Shown: positions 60,091 through 64,000 of the stretch, piece after piece
How positions within the stretch are numbered: the stretch's first letter is position 1
Layout of the letters: each line of letters begins with the position of its first letter
Source: an uncultured Desulfospira sp.
GTDB taxonomy: Bacteria; Desulfobacterota; Desulfobacteria; Desulfobacterales; Desulfobacteraceae
Assembly: GCA_963663165.1 (NCBI GenBank)
Contig: OY760175.1
Span: 4,608,001-4,672,000, forward strand
Length of the DNA: 64,000 nt
Reading direction: 5' to 3'
The notes under the pieces: generated by a model
Seen by the model: the letters and a program-made list of their open reading frames with translations, nothing else
Database searches by the model: none
What the model was told of the DNA's origin: nothing
Position numbers and translations under genes: made by a program

Positions 60091-63000
60091 TTGGATAATA
60101 TATATGATTTCTTCGCTAAACCAAAAGATCCCAAGGTTTATCAGGGCGTTCAAATCAGCCTTGCATCTTCCGACCAGATCCGGGAATGGTCCCACGGTGA
60201 AATAAAAAAACCCGAAACCATCAATTACAGAACATTCAAGCCGGAAAGAGACGGCCTGTTTTGCGCCAAAGTCTTCGGTCCCACCAAAGACTATGAGTGC
60301 AACTGCGGTAAATACAAACGGATGAAGCACCGGGGCGTTGTGTGCGAAAAGTGCGGGGTTGAGGTCATTCAGTCCAAGGTGCGGCGGGAGCGGATGGCCC
60401 ACATTGAGCTTGCCTCTCCAGTGTCCCACATCTGGTTTCTTAAAAGCCTGCCAAGCAAAATTGGAAACGTGCTTGACCTGACCCTTAAAAACCTTGAAAA
60501 GGTTCTGTACTTTGATTCCTATATTGTGATTGACCCCAAAGACTCGGGGCTCAAAAAAATGCAGCTCCTGTCTGACGATCAGTATTATGAAGCTATAGAG
60601 GCATTTGGAGAAGAAGGATTTGATGCCGGCATCGGTGCTGAGGCTATCTTAAGGCTGTTGGAGGAAATCAACCTTCAGGAAGTTCATGATGAACTCAGAG
60701 AAGAGATTTCCATAACCAAGTCCGTTGCCAAACAGCAGAAAATGGCCAAACGGCTCAAGGTCATTGATGCATTCCTGAATTCAGGGATTGAACCTTCCCG
60801 GATGATTTTAACCGCCTGCCCCATTCTTCCCCCGGACTTAAGGCCTCTGGTTCCACTTGAAGGGGGCCGGTTTGCCACGTCAGATCTCAACGATCTGTAC
60901 CGCCGGGTGTTAAACCGGAACAACCGGTTAAAACGGTTGGTGGACCTGGATGCCCCGGACATTATTGTCAGGAATGAAAAACGAATGCTTCAAGAATCCG
61001 TGGACGTGCTGTTTGATAACGGGCGCCATGGACGGGTCGTTACGGGCACCAACAAACGGCCTCTGAAATCTTTGAGTGATACCCTGAAAGGCAAACAGGG
61101 CCGTTTCCGTCAGAACCTGTTGGGAAAACGTGTGGATTATTCCGGACGTACGGTTATTACGGTAGGCTCTGAGTTAAGGCTTCATCAGTGCGGGATTCCA
61201 AAGAAAATGGCCCTTGAGCTGTTTAAGCCGTTTATTTACAATTATCTGGAACAAAAAGGGCTGGTGTCCACCGTTAAAAGTGCTAAAAAAATGGTGGAAA
61301 GAGAGGAAACCGAGGTATGGGATGCTTTGGAATCCGTTGTAAAAGAATACCCGGTCATGCTCAACCGGGCGCCGACCCTTCACCGTCTGGGTTTCCAGGC
61401 ATTTGAGCCGGTCCTGATTGAGGGAAAGGCCATTCAGCTTCATCCCCTGGTATGCCCGGCATTCAACGCCGATTTTGACGGGGACCAGATGGCGGTTCAT
61501 GTGCCCCTTTCGCTGGAATCCCAGCTCGAAGCACGGATCATGATGCTGTCTACCAACAACATCCTCTCTCCCGCCAATGGGCAGCCCATCATTGTTCCCA
61601 CCCAGGATATTGTTCTGGGGATTTATTATATGACCCGGGCCATGGCCGGCCGGAAAGGGGAGGGAATCAGCTTTTCAAGCATTGAAGAGGTCCGGTATGC
61701 CTTTGACGCCGGGGCTCTGGATCTTCATGCAAAAATAAAGGTCCGGATCGATGATGAGACCTATGACACCACCACGGGCCGTATTCTGCTGTGGGAAACC
61801 ATCCCCGGGGATACCCTGCTCTCCTTGAGCAGAATTCGGACAGAAACTTTTGAAGAGTGCGAGCAGGCTTTAGAAGCACTTAAAGCCGGTGAAGATTTTG
61901 AAGATGTATTGAAAAAATATTCGGATGATGAAATCAAAAAGACCCGGGGAGAAACCGGTGTTCTCAGCCGAAAAGAGTTTAAGAATATTTTTCAGCTGTC
62001 TGACGTTGTGGTTGAACAGCTTTTCAGTCTTAAGAAGGGCCAGTTCACCGATGTCCGTGTGGTGGGGGATAAATATACCATTTTCAAAGTGGATGAAAGA
62101 AAGACCACCCTTCCCTTTACCCTGGTCAATAAACTCATGGACAAGTCTTCAACGGTTAAACTCATTGACTATGCCTACCGGAACATCGGGCTTAAAGAAA
62201 CCGTTATTCTGTCCGACCGGCTCAAAGATATCGGTTACCAGTATTCTACCCTGGGCGGGCTTTCCATTTGTGTGGACGACATGATTATCCCGGATGAAAA
62301 ATGGGATATTATTGCCAGGGCAGAACAAAATATTAACGACATCAAAAACCAGTATTCTGAAGGTTTGATTACCCAGGGAGAAAAGTACAACAAGGTGGTG
62401 GACATCTGGGCCCAGGCAACGGACGATATTGCCAATGCCATGATGGAAGTTATGAAAAATCCCGTGGGGGCAGCCGATGCTGAAACCGCTGAAATGATGA
62501 ACGCAGTTTACGTCATGGCGGATTCCGGGGCCAGGGGCTCCAAAGATCAGATGCGTCAGCTGGCTGGGATGCGCGGGCTTATGGCCAAGCCTTCCGGTGA
62601 GATCATTGAAAACCCCATTACGGCCTGCTTCCGTGAAGGATTGTCTGTGCTTCAGTACTTTATTTCCACCCATGGTGCCCGGAAAGGCCTGGCGGATACG
62701 GCGTTGAAAACGGCCAACTCCGGGTATCTGACCCGGCGTCTGGCTGATGTCGGCCAGGACTGCACCATTGTTGAACATGATTGCGGGACTATTAACGGCA
62801 TAGAGGTGGAAGCCCTGTATGAGGGGGGAGAAATCATTCAGACCCTGGGTGAAAGAATCCTGGGCAGGGTGACCCAGGAAGATATCCGGGACCCTTATTC
62901 AGATGAACATATTGTGGCAGCGGATACGGAACTGACCGAAGCCCACGTGGCACGGATTGAGGAGGCCGGTGTTCAAAAGGTAAAAATTCGTTCGGTGTTA

Positions 63001-64000
63001 ACCTGCAACTCCAAACACGGGGTTTGCTCCAGGTGCTACGGCCGGGACCTGGCCCACGGGATCACCGTGGAAATCGGCCAGGCCATTGGCATCGTGGCGG
63101 CCCAGTCCATTGGCGAGCCCGGGACCCAGCTGACCATGAGAACCTTCCACATCGGCGGCACCGCATCCAGAAAGGTTGAAGTTGCTGAAATAAAGGCCCG
63201 GGTGGGCGGCATTCTCAAGTATAATGAGGACATCCAGACCGTTACCTCTGCGGAAAACGAGGTGATTGTCATGAACCGGAAAGGTGGCGGTATCACCATC
63301 GTGGGGGCAGAAGGACGGGAGCGGGCCAAGGAAACTATCATCTACGGTGCCACCCTTCATCTCAAAAACGGCCAGGCCATTGAGCCCGGGGATATCATTG
63401 CCACCTGGGATCCGTTTACCACACCTATTATCACCGAGGTTTCAGGCCGGGTGAAGCTGGTAGACATTGAAGTCGGCAGTACGGTTCAAGAACAGATAGA
63501 CCCGGTGACCGGGAAGGTCAGTCGTACAATCATCGAAGGAAAAGAATCTGAGGTCCGGCCAAGAATTACCATTAAAGACAAAGACGGCAAAGCGGTAAAG
63601 CTTCCGGGCTCTAAGACCAATGCCCAGTACTACCTGCCGGTGAACGCCATCCTGACCGTTGAAGAGGATGACGCCATCATGGCCGGCGATGTTATTGCCA
63701 AACTGCCCCGGGCCACCACCAAGACAAAGGATATTACCGGTGGTCTTCCCCGTGTGGCAGAGCTTTTTGAGGTCAGAAAACCCAAAGAACCCGGCATGCT
63801 CACGGAAATCGACGGGTATGTTTCCTTGTCCAAGGGAACCAAAGGACGCCAGAAGGTTACCGTTACGCCGACCGATGTGGGGGATAAAAAAGAGTATTCG
63901 GTGCCCAAGGGCGCCCATGTGACGGTTTATGAAGGCGACTATGTCAAGGCGGGCGACGCTCTGATCGCCGGCGCCGCCAACCCCCAGGATATTATGAATA
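60091..64000 (+). CDS. rpoC: RNA polymerase beta' subunit (3'-truncated by window) with an internal parvulin-like insertion
   Basis: TTG 60091 after [22 protein letters not shown] zinc ribbon, NADFDGD at 61465, [15 protein letters not shown]; no stop before the window end, so absent from the ORF track. Confidence 0.98.
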   Translation, partial: MDNIYDFFAKPKDPKVYQGVQISLASSDQIREWSHGEIKKPETINYRTFKPERDGLFCAKVFGPTKDYECNCGKYKRMKHRGVVCEKCGVEVIQSKVRRERMAHIELASPVSHIWFLKSLPSKIGNVLDLTLKNLEKVLYFDSYIVIDPKDSGLKKMQLLSDDQYYEAIEAFGEEGFDAGIGAEAILRLLEEINLQEVHDELREEISITKSVAKQQKMAKRLKVIDAFLNSGIEPSRMILTACPILPPDLRPLVPLEGGRFATSDLNDLYRRVLNRNNRLKRLVDLDAPDIIVRNEKRMLQESVDVLFDNGRHGRVVTGTNKRPLKSLSDTLKGKQGRFRQNLLGKRVDYSGRTVITVGSELRLHQCGIPKKMALELFKPFIYNYLEQKGLVSTVKSAKKMVEREETEVWDALESVVKEYPVMLNRAPTLHRLGFQAFEPVLIEGKAIQLHPLVCPAFNADFDGDQMAVHVPLSLESQLEARIMMLSTNNILSPANGQPIIVPTQDIVLGIYYMTRAMAGRKGEGISFSSIEEVRYAFDAGALDLHAKIKVRIDDETYDTTTGRILLWETIPGDTLLSLSRIRTETFEECEQALEALKAGEDFEDVLKKYSDDEIKKTRGETGVLSRKEFKNIFQLSDVVVEQLFSLKKGQFTDVRVVGDKYTIFKVDERKTTLPFTLVNKLMDKSSTVKLIDYAYRNIGLKETVILSDRLKDIGYQYSTLGGLSICVDDMIIPDEKWDIIARAEQNINDIKNQYSEGLITQGEKYNKVVDIWAQATDDIANAMMEVMKNPVGAADAETAEMMNAVYVMADSGARGSKDQMRQLAGMRGLMAKPSGEIIENPITACFREGLSVLQYFISTHGARKGLADTALKTANSGYLTRRLADVGQDCTIVEHDCGTINGIEVEALYEGGEIIQTLGERILGRVTQEDIRDPYSDEHIVAADTELTEAHVARIEEAGVQKVKIRSVLTCNSKHGVCSRCYGRDLAHGITVEIGQAIGIVAAQSIGEPGTQLTMRTFHIGGTASRKVEVAEIKARVGGILKYNEDIQTVTSAENEVIVMNRKGGGITIVGAEGRERAKETIIYGATLHLKNGQAIEPGDIIATWDPFTTPIITEVSGRVKLVDIEVGSTVQEQIDPVTGKVSRTIIEGKESEVRPRITIKDKDGKAVKLPGSKTNAQYYLPVNAILTVEEDDAIMAGDVIAKLPRATTKTKDITGGLPRVAELFEVRKPKEPGMLTEIDGYVSLSKGTKGRQKVTVTPTDVGDKKEYSVPKGAHVTVYEGDYVKAGDALIAGAANPQDIMN

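Noticed and set aside
61810..62109. Intein explanation for the rpoC insert
   Set aside because: No N-terminal Cys/Ser block, no HN-C/S/T end and no endonuclease motifs.

Overview
Chromosomal window from a sulfate-reducing Desulfobacterota bacterium, most likely Desulfobacteraceae (inferred from gene content, not from a search). From left to right: a partial THUMP RNA methyltransferase; a sigma54-driven orange-protein (ORP)-like cluster (two NifB/NifX-type proteins, two Fe-S MinD-like ATPases, an atypical receiver); a DAHP synthase with an unannotated Tyr/Phe/Trp leader-peptide attenuator; a PHP-GT4 plus radical SAM pair; a decayed AT-rich islet (YrbL-like gene, group IIC intron 3' end, truncated PemK, IS91-like remnant, perfect 56-bp palindrome); a membrane-anchored reductive-dehalogenase-like gene; YegD-like Hsp70, MscS, CorA, NRDE and thiolase; a candidate repeat-rich sRNA; an HD-GYP regulator with a hybrid kinase; an MCP; gyrA-radC-pgk; a che operon running into PBP1A; U32; tRNA-Arg; an MltD-like gene; and the tRNA-tuf-rpmG-secE-nusG-rplKAJL-rpoBC cluster (rpoC truncated by the window end). 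The top finding is an in-frame ~100-aa parvulin/PpiC-like domain, apparently lacking its catalytic histidines, inserted inside RNA polymerase beta'. Intergenic spaces carry several families of heptamer repeats and palindromic mini-elements, one of which is caught as a precise insertion.
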